Shown: positions 14,950 to 23,871 of the stretch, one piece after another
Numbering within the stretch: the stretch's first letter is position 1
Layout of the letters: each line of letters begins with the position of its first letter
Virus record (IMG/VR): IMGVR_UViG_3300023178_000043
Location: 2,728-66,727 of that record
Strand: one strand, 5' to 3'
Length of the DNA stretch: 64,000 nt
Source: a virus
Translations under genes and position numbers: made by a program
The notes under the pieces: model-generated
Seen by the model: the letters and a program-made list of their open reading frames with translations, nothing else
The model's database searches: none
What the model was told of the DNA's origin: nothing

Positions 14950-15945
14950 ATGAAAGATAAATTAGATGGTGGTTTGGGTGATGGAATGAGTTTATCTGAT
15001 ATTGCAGATAAGCATAATGTTCCACATCAACAAATCAAAACAGAATTTAAAAAAGGAATCAAGGTAGAGATGGAACACACAAGTGACCCTTCTGTTGCCG
15101 CCGAGATTGCTTTAGACCATTTAGTAGAAGACCCTGAATATTATAGTAAACTGGGTGACATAGAAAATAAAGAAGTAGATGAAAATCTACGCAAGTGGTT
15201 TAAAGAAAAGTGGGTAAGATTTGGTCCCGATGGAAAAATCAAAGGTCCGTGTGCTAGAGGTAGTAGTAAAGAAGGAAAACCAAAATGCCTTCCTCAGTCC
15301 AAAGCACATTCTCTAGGTAAAAAAGGTAGAGCATCTGCCGCTCGTAGAAAGCGTAGAGAAGACCCCAATCCAAATCGTCGTGGTAAAGCTAAAAATGTAA
15401 ATACAAAAAAGGAGGCACTTGACATGAACGAAGAATTTACCGATATTCCATTCACTGAATGTCCACATTGTCGTGGAAACATCGTTCACGAAAGTCAACT
15501 AAACGAAAAACAAGACGCTTGTTATCACAAGGTTAAAAGTCGTTACAAAGTTTGGCCTAGTGCATATGCCTCTGGAGCCTTAGTTAAGTGCCGTAAAGTT
15601 GGTGCTAAAAACTGGGGTAATAGTAAAAAAGAAAGCTACGATGTATTCTGTGAAGAAACTGGTGTAGGTTACACACTTGAGTTTGATATGAGTGGTGACC
15701 TTAATGAAGCAGAATACCAAGGTAGAAAAGTTTCTCTTGGGAAGCCTACCCGCGGTGATGTTAAAAAGTTTAAGGTGTATGTAAAGAACGATAAAGGAAA
15801 TGTCGTCAAAGTTAATTTTGGTGACCCAAATATGAGAATCAAAAAATCAAATCCGGCTCGTAGAAAGAGTTTCAGAGCAAGACACAACTGCTCTTCTCCG
15901 GGCCCACGTTGGAAAGCAAGATACTGGAGCTGTCGTAAATGGTAA
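14950..15945 (+). CDS. multidomain basic protein (DUF5661/DUF5872/DUF6321-like modules), probable head-internal protein
   Basis: G..VE.EHT..EIALDHL.EDP.YY; WFKEKWV; WPSAYASG; RRKSFRARH.C...ARYWSC. Confidence 0.65.
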   Translation: MKDKLDGGLGDGMSLSDIADKHNVPHQQIKTEFKKGIKVEMEHTSDPSVAAEIALDHLVEDPEYYSKLGDIENKEVDENLRKWFKEKWVRFGPDGKIKGPCARGSSKEGKPKCLPQSKAHSLGKKGRASAARRKRREDPNPNRRGKAKNVNTKKEALDMNEEFTDIPFTECPHCRGNIVHESQLNEKQDACYHKVKSRYKVWPSAYASGALVKCRKVGAKNWGNSKKESYDVFCEETGVGYTLEFDMSGDLNEAEYQGRKVSLGKPTRGDVKKFKVYVKNDKGNVVKVNFGDPNMRIKKSNPARRKSFRARHNCSSPGPRWKARYWSCRKW

Positions 15946-15954
15946 GGAGATAAA

Positions 15955-16077
15955 ATGAAAAAACTTTGGTTGTTGACAATGGTAACAATAATCAGTGTAA
16001 CAGGAATGTTTGTTACAAAGCAAAAAGAATTACCTAAACCCGAAATAGACGATGACGAACCAATACTATTCATTTGA
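15955..16077 (+). CDS. small membrane or secreted protein (40 aa)
   Basis: AAGGAG SD; MKKLWLLTMVTIISV. Confidence 0.55.
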   Translation: MKKLWLLTMVTIISVTGMFVTKQKELPKPEIDDDEPILFI

Positions 16078-16345
16078 GGATTTTAACGAATCTGCTAGAA
16101 AGTTTTTATTTTCCATAATGTCGTATTATAACGGGTCAACCGAAGAAAAAATTAAAAGAGCGTCAGAGTTCTTGGATGATTTGATTTTTAAAACACAAAA
16201 TGGTCTAGATAATCCGTTTGATAACACAGACCGAACCTACTATAAATTAGCAAACTACTCTCGTAAGATATTAATTCCAGAGTTGCTAGAAACTATGGAA
16301 TCTGTAGACGAATCTGACCCGTTTGATATTCATGAGTGGAATTGA
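16052..16345 (+). CDS. hypothetical protein
   Basis: 97 aa ORF. Confidence 0.65.
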   Translation: MTNQYYSFEDFNESARKFLFSIMSYYNGSTEEKIKRASEFLDDLIFKTQNGLDNPFDNTDRTYYKLANYSRKILIPELLETMESVDESDPFDIHEWN

Positions 16346-16381
16346 TACTACTTATAGAAAACATTAATAAGGAAGGATTTT

Positions 16382-16555
16382 ATGTCCGGTGAGTTAGAAA
16401 AATTTATAGTTCCTATATTTGTTGTGGCTTATGGAGAAGACGAGTCCGACGCCGTTACGTATGTTGAACAAGCAATTGATACAACTGAGTTGGTCCGTGA
16501 GGATGGTATCTTTAGTATAGAGATATTAGAAGACGAGGTTGAACCATACGTTTAA
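16382..16555 (+). CDS. small acidic protein (57 aa)
   Basis: AAGGA SD; MSGELEKFIVPIFVVAYG. Confidence 0.6.
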   Translation: MSGELEKFIVPIFVVAYGEDESDAVTYVEQAIDTTELVREDGIFSIEILEDEVEPYV

Positions 16556-16567
16556 TGGAGTTTCGCT

Positions 16568-16744
16568 GTGTCAAAATTAAAACAAGTATTACTTAAACCC
16601 ACCAATACACTTCCATTTATGTTTGGGTTGTTTATTGGTATGACTCTTGTAAGTCCAGATATCTTACACAACTCAGTAATCACCGCCGTATCCGGCTCTA
16701 CATTCCATGTTATAAAAGCAATATCGTTATCTATATACGGTTAA
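16568..16744 (+). CDS. small membrane protein (58 aa)
   Basis: GTG start after GGAG; hydrophobic segments. Confidence 0.5.
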   Translation: MSKLKQVLLKPTNTLPFMFGLFIGMTLVSPDILHNSVITAVSGSTFHVIKAISLSIYG

Positions 16745-16790
16745 ATGGTTATAAGAAAGGTAGTTTAAACTTCTTTAACCAAAAGGAAAC

Positions 16791-17147
16791 ATGGAACTCT
16801 TACCAGAACTTTTAAACGAAAAAGGAATGGTTGCTGTAATGTTTACAGTTATTGCGGCTATAACTTCGGTTCTCACTGAAAAGAAAGAGAAAAAGAATCG
16901 TCGTTCATCTGACCGTCAAAGTTCTCAATTAATAGAAAAAGCATTTCTACAAATGGAAAAAAATGTAGAAGAACTCAGAAAACAAAACGAAGAAATGCGC
17001 GAAGATTTTAAATCTGTTTATAACGAACTAGAAGAGTATAGACAGAAATATCACAAACAAATAGAAATCAATAATACCCAGAGCGCTCAACTAACCAAGT
17101 TAAATCTTGAGTTGTTCTATAGAAACGAAAGACTTGACAATCCTTAA
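16791..17147 (+). CDS. single-TM coiled-coil protein (holin-like architecture)
   Basis: N-terminal TM, basic patch, heptad coil. Confidence 0.55.
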   Translation: MELLPELLNEKGMVAVMFTVIAAITSVLTEKKEKKNRRSSDRQSSQLIEKAFLQMEKNVEELRKQNEEMREDFKSVYNELEEYRQKYHKQIEINNTQSAQLTKLNLELFYRNERLDNP

Positions 17148-17162
17148 CAAAGTTATTATATT
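17134..17162 (+). promoter_or_regulatory. sigma70 promoter
   Basis: TTGACA-N17-TATATT. Confidence 0.7.
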
Positions 17163-17189
17163 AGTAGGTAACTTTAACAAGAGAGGATT

Positions 17190-17624
17190 ATGACTATTGC
17201 CTTGACGGTTGTTTGCACTATAGCAATTATGATGTTGTTTATTACATTCTTTGCTGTAATTGGTCTACACCACAACAGTCAAATGTTAATGCATAGAATA
17301 ACAGAACTACACGCTATGAATCGTGAACAGATGGCTCATTATACAAATCTTTCTAAGTATGTATTAGATTTGTCTGTGGTTCTAGAAAATATGGCTGACT
17401 CCACACAAGAGCTAACTCAAGCTCTTTTTGAGAATTCATTTAAAATGGTTCGTGGTGGTGGTCGTATTTTCGGCGGATTTTCTCCAGAAGAAATTGCAGA
17501 AAAAATTAACAAAGAACATGATACACCGCTTACAGAAAGTGACCTAGACGACCTCAGAGATTTGTTTATGGGTATTGACCCCGATGAGGAAGACCAAGAA
17601 GACGATGGCGAAGAGGCATTCTAA
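17190..17624 (+). CDS. membrane-anchored hypothetical protein
   Basis: N-terminal TM, acidic tail, GAGG SD. Confidence 0.7.
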   Translation: MTIALTVVCTIAIMMLFITFFAVIGLHHNSQMLMHRITELHAMNREQMAHYTNLSKYVLDLSVVLENMADSTQELTQALFENSFKMVRGGGRIFGGFSPEEIAEKINKEHDTPLTESDLDDLRDLFMGIDPDEEDQEDDGEEAF

Positions 17625-18021
17625 CAGATACAAATGTTGGTATGACAAGACCTTTACCAAAGAACAAATGAAGGAATACTTTGGTGATGGTTGGGGAGAC
17701 TTACTAGATAAAGCATTTTATATGATATCATTACTCCCCGATGTAGAAATATGTAGCGCTAGAAGATGTTATGGAATGTTACATATGTATGCTCGTTGTG
17801 AAGACGAGTTAGTATTATCGGCGGCAGAAGGAATACTTTGGAAAGTAGAACGAATGTCTGCTATGGTATGTGAAGGATGTGGAAAGCAAGGTAGACGCAG
17901 AACAGAATTAAAAGAAACACATAATTTCTGTAATGATTGTTACCTAATTTATTTAAACAAAGTTGACGACCCAATGACATTATTTTTGCCGGGTCGGGAA
18001 GGATTATTTAAGGAGGATTAG
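17575..18021 (+). CDS. hypothetical zinc-binding protein (start uncertain)
   Basis: GDGW..L, CEGCGK.G, C..C. Confidence 0.7.
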   Translation: MTPMRKTKKTMAKRHSNRYKCWYDKTFTKEQMKEYFGDGWGDLLDKAFYMISLLPDVEICSARRCYGMLHMYARCEDELVLSAAEGILWKVERMSAMVCEGCGKQGRRRTELKETHNFCNDCYLIYLNKVDDPMTLFLPGREGLFKED

Positions 18022-18023
18022 TT

Positions 18024-18329
18024 ATGTTTTGGACAGACGAAGATATTCAACCAGCAGTAGATTTAGCAGCTAAACTGTTTGGTCAAAACAACCTTTATGA
18101 ACAAGACAATAGAAATGCACATAGAAATGTTTCTATTATGACTAGAGAGTTTGGCAAGATTTGGTTTGGTGATATGGAACTAAACGAAGAAACCAAAGAA
18201 AATATGGAAAAGTTATCGGTCACAATAAATCAAAAAGTTTATTTTACCAAGGGGTTTGATACATTTAATGCTTTGTATACGACCACCAGTAAACTACGAG
18301 AAGTTACTCCAGAAGAAGTCACATACTGA
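18024..18329 (+). CDS. hypothetical protein
   Basis: 101 aa, AGGAGG SD. Confidence 0.75.
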   Translation: MFWTDEDIQPAVDLAAKLFGQNNLYEQDNRNAHRNVSIMTREFGKIWFGDMELNEETKENMEKLSVTINQKVYFTKGFDTFNALYTTTSKLREVTPEEVTY

Positions 18330-18381
18330 TACTTATAGTTACAATCTAATCGTTATGATGACTTATCATAGGAGATTGCAA

Positions 18382-18672
18382 ATGATTAAGTTCATCAAAA
18401 ATCTATTCAGGTCATATAAAAAAGCATCACACGTAGATGATATACTTAGAGAGTCTACTGCGATTGAGTTCTTGATAGAAGAATCTTACACAATGCAAGA
18501 TTTTATATATTGTAAGAAAAAGATTAGACAATTTGAGAATCGTTGGGACAAAGAGGAAGAATCGTTTGGTTCTGCTCTTGCTAAAAAATTAAATAAGCAA
18601 TACAACACTCGTCTAATCAGACAAAAATATCAAATTCAGTTATATGCGAAAAAAACGAGGAAGGAAGTATAA
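18382..18672 (+). CDS. hypothetical protein
   Basis: MIKFIKNLF start after AGGAG; shortened from the ORF track. Confidence 0.65.
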   Translation: MIKFIKNLFRSYKKASHVDDILRESTAIEFLIEESYTMQDFIYCKKKIRQFENRWDKEEESFGSALAKKLNKQYNTRLIRQKYQIQLYAKKTRKEV

Positions 18673-19030
18673 GGTTCACACCAAAGAAGAAATTTGGTGT
18701 TCTATGTGTAAGGTTGCAAGTGTAATGAGCAACTCTGATGTAGAAGAATTGATATGTGGTGATTGTTTTGGAAGAATGATTTATTGGGAGGAATGTCAGT
18801 TAGAAAAAGAAAGAGTCCATTACGCTAAAGGTTGGAACCTAAAAAAGAAGTATAAAGCACCAGACGGGAAGGTTTTTAGTTTCGGAGAGGAAATAACTGG
18901 AGAAGAAGATGCTGGAAATACCAAACAACCTAGTAAGAAAACTAAATCTGTTTCAGGACGCAGAACCAAAAATAGTAAATCAGTATTATCTAAGAAAGAT
19001 AAGACAAGCGGTAAGAAAAAAAGAAAATAG
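18644..19030 (+). CDS. zinc-ribbon protein with Lys-rich tail
   Basis: CSMC..ICGDC, GW.L...Y...DG.VF..G. Confidence 0.7.
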   Translation: MRKKRGRKYKVHTKEEIWCSMCKVASVMSNSDVEELICGDCFGRMIYWEECQLEKERVHYAKGWNLKKKYKAPDGKVFSFGEEITGEEDAGNTKQPSKKTKSVSGRRTKNSKSVLSKKDKTSGKKKRK

Positions 19031-19217
19031 AGCTAGATTCTACCGTATCAAAGGAACCCCAATTGTTGGTGGGGTTGAATCAAAAGAGTTTATTGAAACT
19101 CTGGAAGAACTACAAGAACGATTTATAGAAGCAGAACTATATGAATTAGCACAAGAATGTGACAACCTAATCAAAGAAATTCATATCAATAAATTAATTA
19201 CAGAAACTCAGAAATGA
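18909..19217 (+). CDS. UVR (UvrB/C) motif protein
   Basis: FIEAELYELAQEC; overlaps the upstream gene. Confidence 0.55.
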   Translation: MLEIPNNLVRKLNLFQDAEPKIVNQYYLRKIRQAVRKKENRARFYRIKGTPIVGGVESKEFIETLEELQERFIEAELYELAQECDNLIKEIHINKLITETQK

Positions 19218-19753
19218 ATAATGCAAGTTGTGTAGTTTTAAACTCAACATTTGAACCATTATCAATAATACCCACCCGGCGGGCATTGATACTATGTTTA
19301 CAAAATAAAGCTACGGTTCTACAAAGTTATGACCAAAAAGTAAGGTCACCTTCGGTTGAGATTAAACTCCCGTCCACTATCGCTCTCAAAAAATATATCA
19401 AAGTAAGAAAGATGCACACAAAGAGAGCAATCCTAAATAAAAGAAATATTTTTATTAGAGATGACCATCAATGTCAATATTGTGGTCGGGGTGCTAATGA
19501 ACTTAAATCAAAAGAAGAATTAACCCGTGACCATATTATACCAAAGAAACGGGGTGGTCCAAATAGTTGGGAAAATATAGTAACCAGTTGTTCTACTTGT
19601 AATCATAACAAGGCGGACTTGACATTAGAACAGATTGGTTATACATTAAAGAGTAAACCATACGCACCAAGTATGTTTGAAATCTTTGCTAAGACAAAGA
19701 TGAAGCATTTTAATCTAGATACATTATACGATGAGGTTTTATGTTCTTCTTAG
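19214..19753 (+). CDS. HNH endonuclease (McrA/HNH_5 type)
   Basis: VLN.TFEPL, RNIFIRD...CQYCG, T.DHIIP...GG..SWEN.VTSC..CN..K. Confidence 0.9.
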   Translation: MNNASCVVLNSTFEPLSIIPTRRALILCLQNKATVLQSYDQKVRSPSVEIKLPSTIALKKYIKVRKMHTKRAILNKRNIFIRDDHQCQYCGRGANELKSKEELTRDHIIPKKRGGPNSWENIVTSCSTCNHNKADLTLEQIGYTLKSKPYAPSMFEIFAKTKMKHFNLDTLYDEVLCSS

Positions 19754-20373
19754 ACGAAAACGTTACAACAGAAAATTATGACAAGTTTATGGGACTTATT
19801 GAAACAGATGATAGGTCCGAAAATCTAAAAAAGATGTATGAAGAGTTTGGAAACGAACTCTCACTCGCTCCAGCTAGTGCTGTTCAGTGGTATCATAACG
19901 CATTTCCCGGCGGTTATCTTGACCACATCTTACGGGTTCACGATATGTCCATTCAGGTCGCGAAACTTTATAAGGACAATGGTGGAACATTAGAGTTTAC
20001 ACCACAGGAGTTGAGGTTTGCTACATTACACCACGACCTTGGTAAGTTAGGTTCCCCCGGTCAACCATATTACCTTGACCAAGATAGTGATTGGCACAGA
20101 AAGAACCAAGGTAAGAATTATAAGTATAACGGAAATGACCAGTATATGAATGTTACTGACCGAGCACTTTTTACATTACAACATTATGATGTAAAGGTGA
20201 CCCAAAACGAATGGTTGGGTATCCAATTATCTGATGGTATGTATGAGGAGGCTAATAGAGGTTATCTAATGAATAGTATGCACCCATATCCATTTAAGAC
20301 AAATCTACCACACATTGTCCATACCGCGGATTATCTTGCAACACAGATTGAAAAAGCAAATAGTAAATTTTAA
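19741..20373 (+). CDS. HD-domain phosphohydrolase
   Basis: APAS...HNAFPGG..DH, LHHDLGK, H.AD. Confidence 0.85.
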   Translation: MFFLDENVTTENYDKFMGLIETDDRSENLKKMYEEFGNELSLAPASAVQWYHNAFPGGYLDHILRVHDMSIQVAKLYKDNGGTLEFTPQELRFATLHHDLGKLGSPGQPYYLDQDSDWHRKNQGKNYKYNGNDQYMNVTDRALFTLQHYDVKVTQNEWLGIQLSDGMYEEANRGYLMNSMHPYPFKTNLPHIVHTADYLATQIEKANSKF

Positions 20374-20459
20374 TCATAGATGATATTTATAAATGTGTCG
20401 CCTAATAAGGGACACAAGATGCGTAAAATCGGTCTAACAATTTAACAAGGAGAAAAACT

Positions 20460-20936
20460 ATGACTACGCTATCTGTATTCCGTCCTCGCAATAATCGCGA
20501 GTTTAATTCACTGCTCAAGGAGCGTGACCACTTTATCCGTTCCTTTGATACTATCTTTGACGATATGTTTAAGTCCCATTTCGGTGATATGGGCGTTTCC
20601 GCTGGTAAGGGAGCTTACCCCAAGGTCAACATTGTAAATCGTGATGACAAGGTTGAGATTGTCGCAGAACTCGCAGGGTTCACTAAAGACGACATTGAAT
20701 TAGAGATTGACGAGGATGTCCTCACAATCTCTGGCAAGTCGCCTCAACAAGATAAGGAAGAGGTTACTTACTACTTAAGGGAACTCAAGAGAAGTTCCTT
20801 CAGGCGTTCATTTAAGGTCGTAGACCAGTATGAGATGGATAAGGTGAGCGCTAAATTTGACAATGGCCTTCTTACAATCACTCTACCAAAGGTAAAGGAA
20901 GAGGTCAAAGTCGCAAAAAAGGTTACGATAAAATAA
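20460..20936 (+). CDS. small heat-shock protein Hsp20
   Basis: YPKVNI, ELAGF..DI, F.RSF, A.FDNGLL.I.LPK. Confidence 0.95.
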   Translation: MTTLSVFRPRNNREFNSLLKERDHFIRSFDTIFDDMFKSHFGDMGVSAGKGAYPKVNIVNRDDKVEIVAELAGFTKDDIELEIDEDVLTISGKSPQQDKEEVTYYLRELKRSSFRRSFKVVDQYEMDKVSAKFDNGLLTITLPKVKEEVKVAKKVTIK

Positions 20937-20984
20937 CTTAAAGAAAACGAAAGCCGAAAGGAGGTGATCTTAACGGTTCTGTTT

Positions 20985-21016
20985 AGTGGGGTACCTTCGG
21001 GTGCCCCACTTTTTTT
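20985..21016 (+). terminator. intrinsic terminator after hsp20
   Basis: AGTGGGGTACC-TTCG-GGTGCCCCACT followed by a T run. Confidence 0.9.
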
Positions 21017-21056
21017 ATTTTATAATTTGATATTTATATTAGAAAGGAAACGGTAA

Positions 21057-21560
21057 ATGAAGCGTGAATGTGGTGATTGTACAGTTTGTTGTGATATTCT
21101 AACAATAGAAGAAGAAAATTTTTATAAAGAAGGACGAACAAAATGTAATTTTTTAGTAAATAATAAATGTAATATATACGAAGATAAACCAAAATGTTGT
21201 AGTGAATTTTTTTGTTCTTGGTTAACTGGAATTGGTGGTGGAGAACAACAACCAAATAAAAATAAAATTTTGACGTTTGCTGCAGAATTTAATAATGGAC
21301 TTTGGGTAGTTGTAATTGAAACAGAACCAGACGCACTTCTGACTTCTGGTAGAGAAATGGCTATAGAACTTGCAAAATTATATTCTGTTCCTTTAGTAGT
21401 AGAATTGTATAATAATAAAAATAAAACTGGTGATTGGACAGTTATAAAAGAATCATTGTTTAGTAGAACTAGTAAAATGCGTGGAAGTTTTATACAGTGG
21501 TTAGATGAAGAAAATACTGTAGGAGTATATGAATTGATAAATTCAAATGAGGATTTTTAA
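21057..21560 (+). CDS. YkgJ-like CxxCxxCC cysteine-cluster protein
   Basis: RECGDCTVCC, C.FL...C.IYE.KP..C..F.C.W. Confidence 0.75.
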   Translation: MKRECGDCTVCCDILTIEEENFYKEGRTKCNFLVNNKCNIYEDKPKCCSEFFCSWLTGIGGGEQQPNKNKILTFAAEFNNGLWVVVIETEPDALLTSGREMAIELAKLYSVPLVVELYNNKNKTGDWTVIKESLFSRTSKMRGSFIQWLDEENTVGVYELINSNEDF

Positions 21561-23245
21561 TGGCAATAGTTAATGTAGCCGCATACAATACCAGAGTTGA
21601 CCCCGCCGAGTCTGTTACTGATTGGAATCCTTTTTCGGGTGGTGGTTCTCCTACATTAGAAACTGATATTGTTTATCAAGGTACAAACTCTGTATCAAAC
21701 AAAGTTGGTACTAGTAGACAGGGTGTAGAATATGACGGTCCTACGAATTACGACATAACAGACAAAGCAGTTGGTTTAGCTTGGATAGCAAAATATAATG
21801 TTTCAAATCCAAAAGCTCTTTTATCAAGAACTACACCTTCTGTGACAGTTTTGATTGGAAGTGCAAACAATCAATATAACGAATATTATATAGATGGGGT
21901 TCTTACATACCCAGCTTCAGGTGGTTGGAGGTTAATTGCGATTGACCCAGACCTCTATACAAGAGATGCGGGAACTGGAACTGTTGATTATACACAGATA
22001 AGTTATTTTGGATTAGTTGGTGATTTTGCTGGTTCATCCAAAACTGATAACTTAGCACTAGATGCAATTGATTTAGGAAATGGTCTTAATTTAACTGGTG
22101 GGGACGGTGGAGATACTGATGGAACCTTCCAAGATTTTATTAATTATGATGAGGGAAATACTGACAACCGATTTGGGTATGTAAGTTCAAAAGAAGGAAT
22201 TTTGTATGTTAATGGTTCATTAACTGTTGGAGAAGAAACAGGTTCCGCGGAAACTGCAGTAGCTACAGAATTTGGAGACGACGGGTCGGTTGTGGTTTGG
22301 AACAATGGTTATTTTGCTACCAATTGGGCTAATTTAAAATTAAATATAGCAAATTCATCAACTTTAATTGATTTAGAAAATACAACATTTATCGGTCGTG
22401 GAGAACTTAATAATACTTTTGATGGTAGAATAACATCAACACAAGATACTAGACCAAGTTTAATAATAACTGGTTCACTTGGACAAGTAACATCTAGTGG
22501 GTGTGTTTATCAAAATTTTAATAGTTCAAGTCTTAATGAAAAAGTTAGATTTAATGGAGGTTCCCTAGAGACTGCGTATATGATTCAAAGTGGTTCTCAT
22601 GTTGACGCAGTAAAAATAACCACAACCAGTACATCCAGTTTTGCAACTCTACAAGATTTTACAGGAACACAAACTGGAACTTCTGGATTATATAATTGTA
22701 CTTTTGTTCAAGGTAATGATGGCCACGCGATGGTCATTTCTGGAAGTTCTTTTGATTTTTATGGATTAAAATTTCAAGGATATGGAAACACTACAAGTGA
22801 TAGTGCTTCAGTATACGTTAGTGCTTCTACGGGAACAGTTACAATTAATCTTTTTAATGATGGTGACACCCCAACATATAAATCTGACGGAGCCACAGTA
22901 AATATTGTTCAGTCAGTACAACTTAAAATATCCAACGCGGTTTCTGGTTCAGAAGTTCAATTGGTTTCTTCTAGTGGTGCTGATTTAGATACTGTAGCAG
23001 GAACAAATTTTCAAATAGATGAAACTACTGGTAGATTGCCTACTCAAGCATCATCTAACAATTTTGCAACTTACAATTACAATTATCCCGGCTATGACCA
23101 AGAAATTTATGTTATCGTTCATTCTCTTGGTTATGAGTATCAATTAATCGAAGCAACATTAAGTACTGTTGGTCAAACTATAAGAACATCACAAGTAGAA
23201 GATAGAAACTACGATGAAGGACAAACTCCATTTGACCCAATTTGA
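21560..23245 (+). CDS. putative virion structural protein
   Basis: 561 aa, S/T/G/N-rich, beta-rich. Confidence 0.6.
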   Translation: MAIVNVAAYNTRVDPAESVTDWNPFSGGGSPTLETDIVYQGTNSVSNKVGTSRQGVEYDGPTNYDITDKAVGLAWIAKYNVSNPKALLSRTTPSVTVLIGSANNQYNEYYIDGVLTYPASGGWRLIAIDPDLYTRDAGTGTVDYTQISYFGLVGDFAGSSKTDNLALDAIDLGNGLNLTGGDGGDTDGTFQDFINYDEGNTDNRFGYVSSKEGILYVNGSLTVGEETGSAETAVATEFGDDGSVVVWNNGYFATNWANLKLNIANSSTLIDLENTTFIGRGELNNTFDGRITSTQDTRPSLIITGSLGQVTSSGCVYQNFNSSSLNEKVRFNGGSLETAYMIQSGSHVDAVKITTTSTSSFATLQDFTGTQTGTSGLYNCTFVQGNDGHAMVISGSSFDFYGLKFQGYGNTTSDSASVYVSASTGTVTINLFNDGDTPTYKSDGATVNIVQSVQLKISNAVSGSEVQLVSSSGADLDTVAGTNFQIDETTGRLPTQASSNNFATYNYNYPGYDQEIYVIVHSLGYEYQLIEATLSTVGQTIRTSQVEDRNYDEGQTPFDPI

Positions 23246-23307
23246 TGACTAATTAATCTAATCTAACACACTATTTATTATGGAGTAACTTTATTTGGTG
23301 ACCAATT

Positions 23308-23868
23308 ATGAAAGATTTTTTTGTATATACCGATAAACCAACCGACTTTGATTTTAAAGTTGAAGTAGAAGGAGCATCACTAAGTGAAGCAAAAGCTAGA
23401 CTAATTTTGTCTGGCGAGAAAGCCAACTACATTGTTGAAGGTAAGGTAGATAAAGATGGTTCTGCTAAAATTGAAATTCCAAAACTAAAAGGTCTTGTAG
23501 AGGATAGTTCAGTTGGAACAATGGATTTAGAAGTCATCGTGGAGGATGCCTACTTTAGTCCTTGGTCTGGAACATATAGAGTGACCGCTTCTAAGAAAGT
23601 CACGGTCAATGAAATCGCACAACAAAAACAACCATCTAAACCAGCAATATCGGTCACCGTTAAAGAAAACAAATCTCCTTACCAAAAGAAGATTGACCAA
23701 ATCGCAGAAGATTTGAGAAACAGAAGTATTACTTCCAGAAACATACTTTCTACACAAAATAAGAAATATTTATATTCATTAATGGAAGTAACATTCAATA
23801 AATCGTTACAAGACCTTGACAACAACGTTATAATTTCAGATATTATAAATACAATAGCAGAGGGATAA
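23308..23868 (+). CDS. hypothetical (probable virion) protein
   Basis: 186 aa, LEVIVEDAYFSPW. Confidence 0.7.
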   Translation: MKDFFVYTDKPTDFDFKVEVEGASLSEAKARLILSGEKANYIVEGKVDKDGSAKIEIPKLKGLVEDSSVGTMDLEVIVEDAYFSPWSGTYRVTASKKVTVNEIAQQKQPSKPAISVTVKENKSPYQKKIDQIAEDLRNRSITSRNILSTQNKKYLYSLMEVTFNKSLQDLDNNVIISDIINTIAEG

Positions 23869-23871
23869 GCA

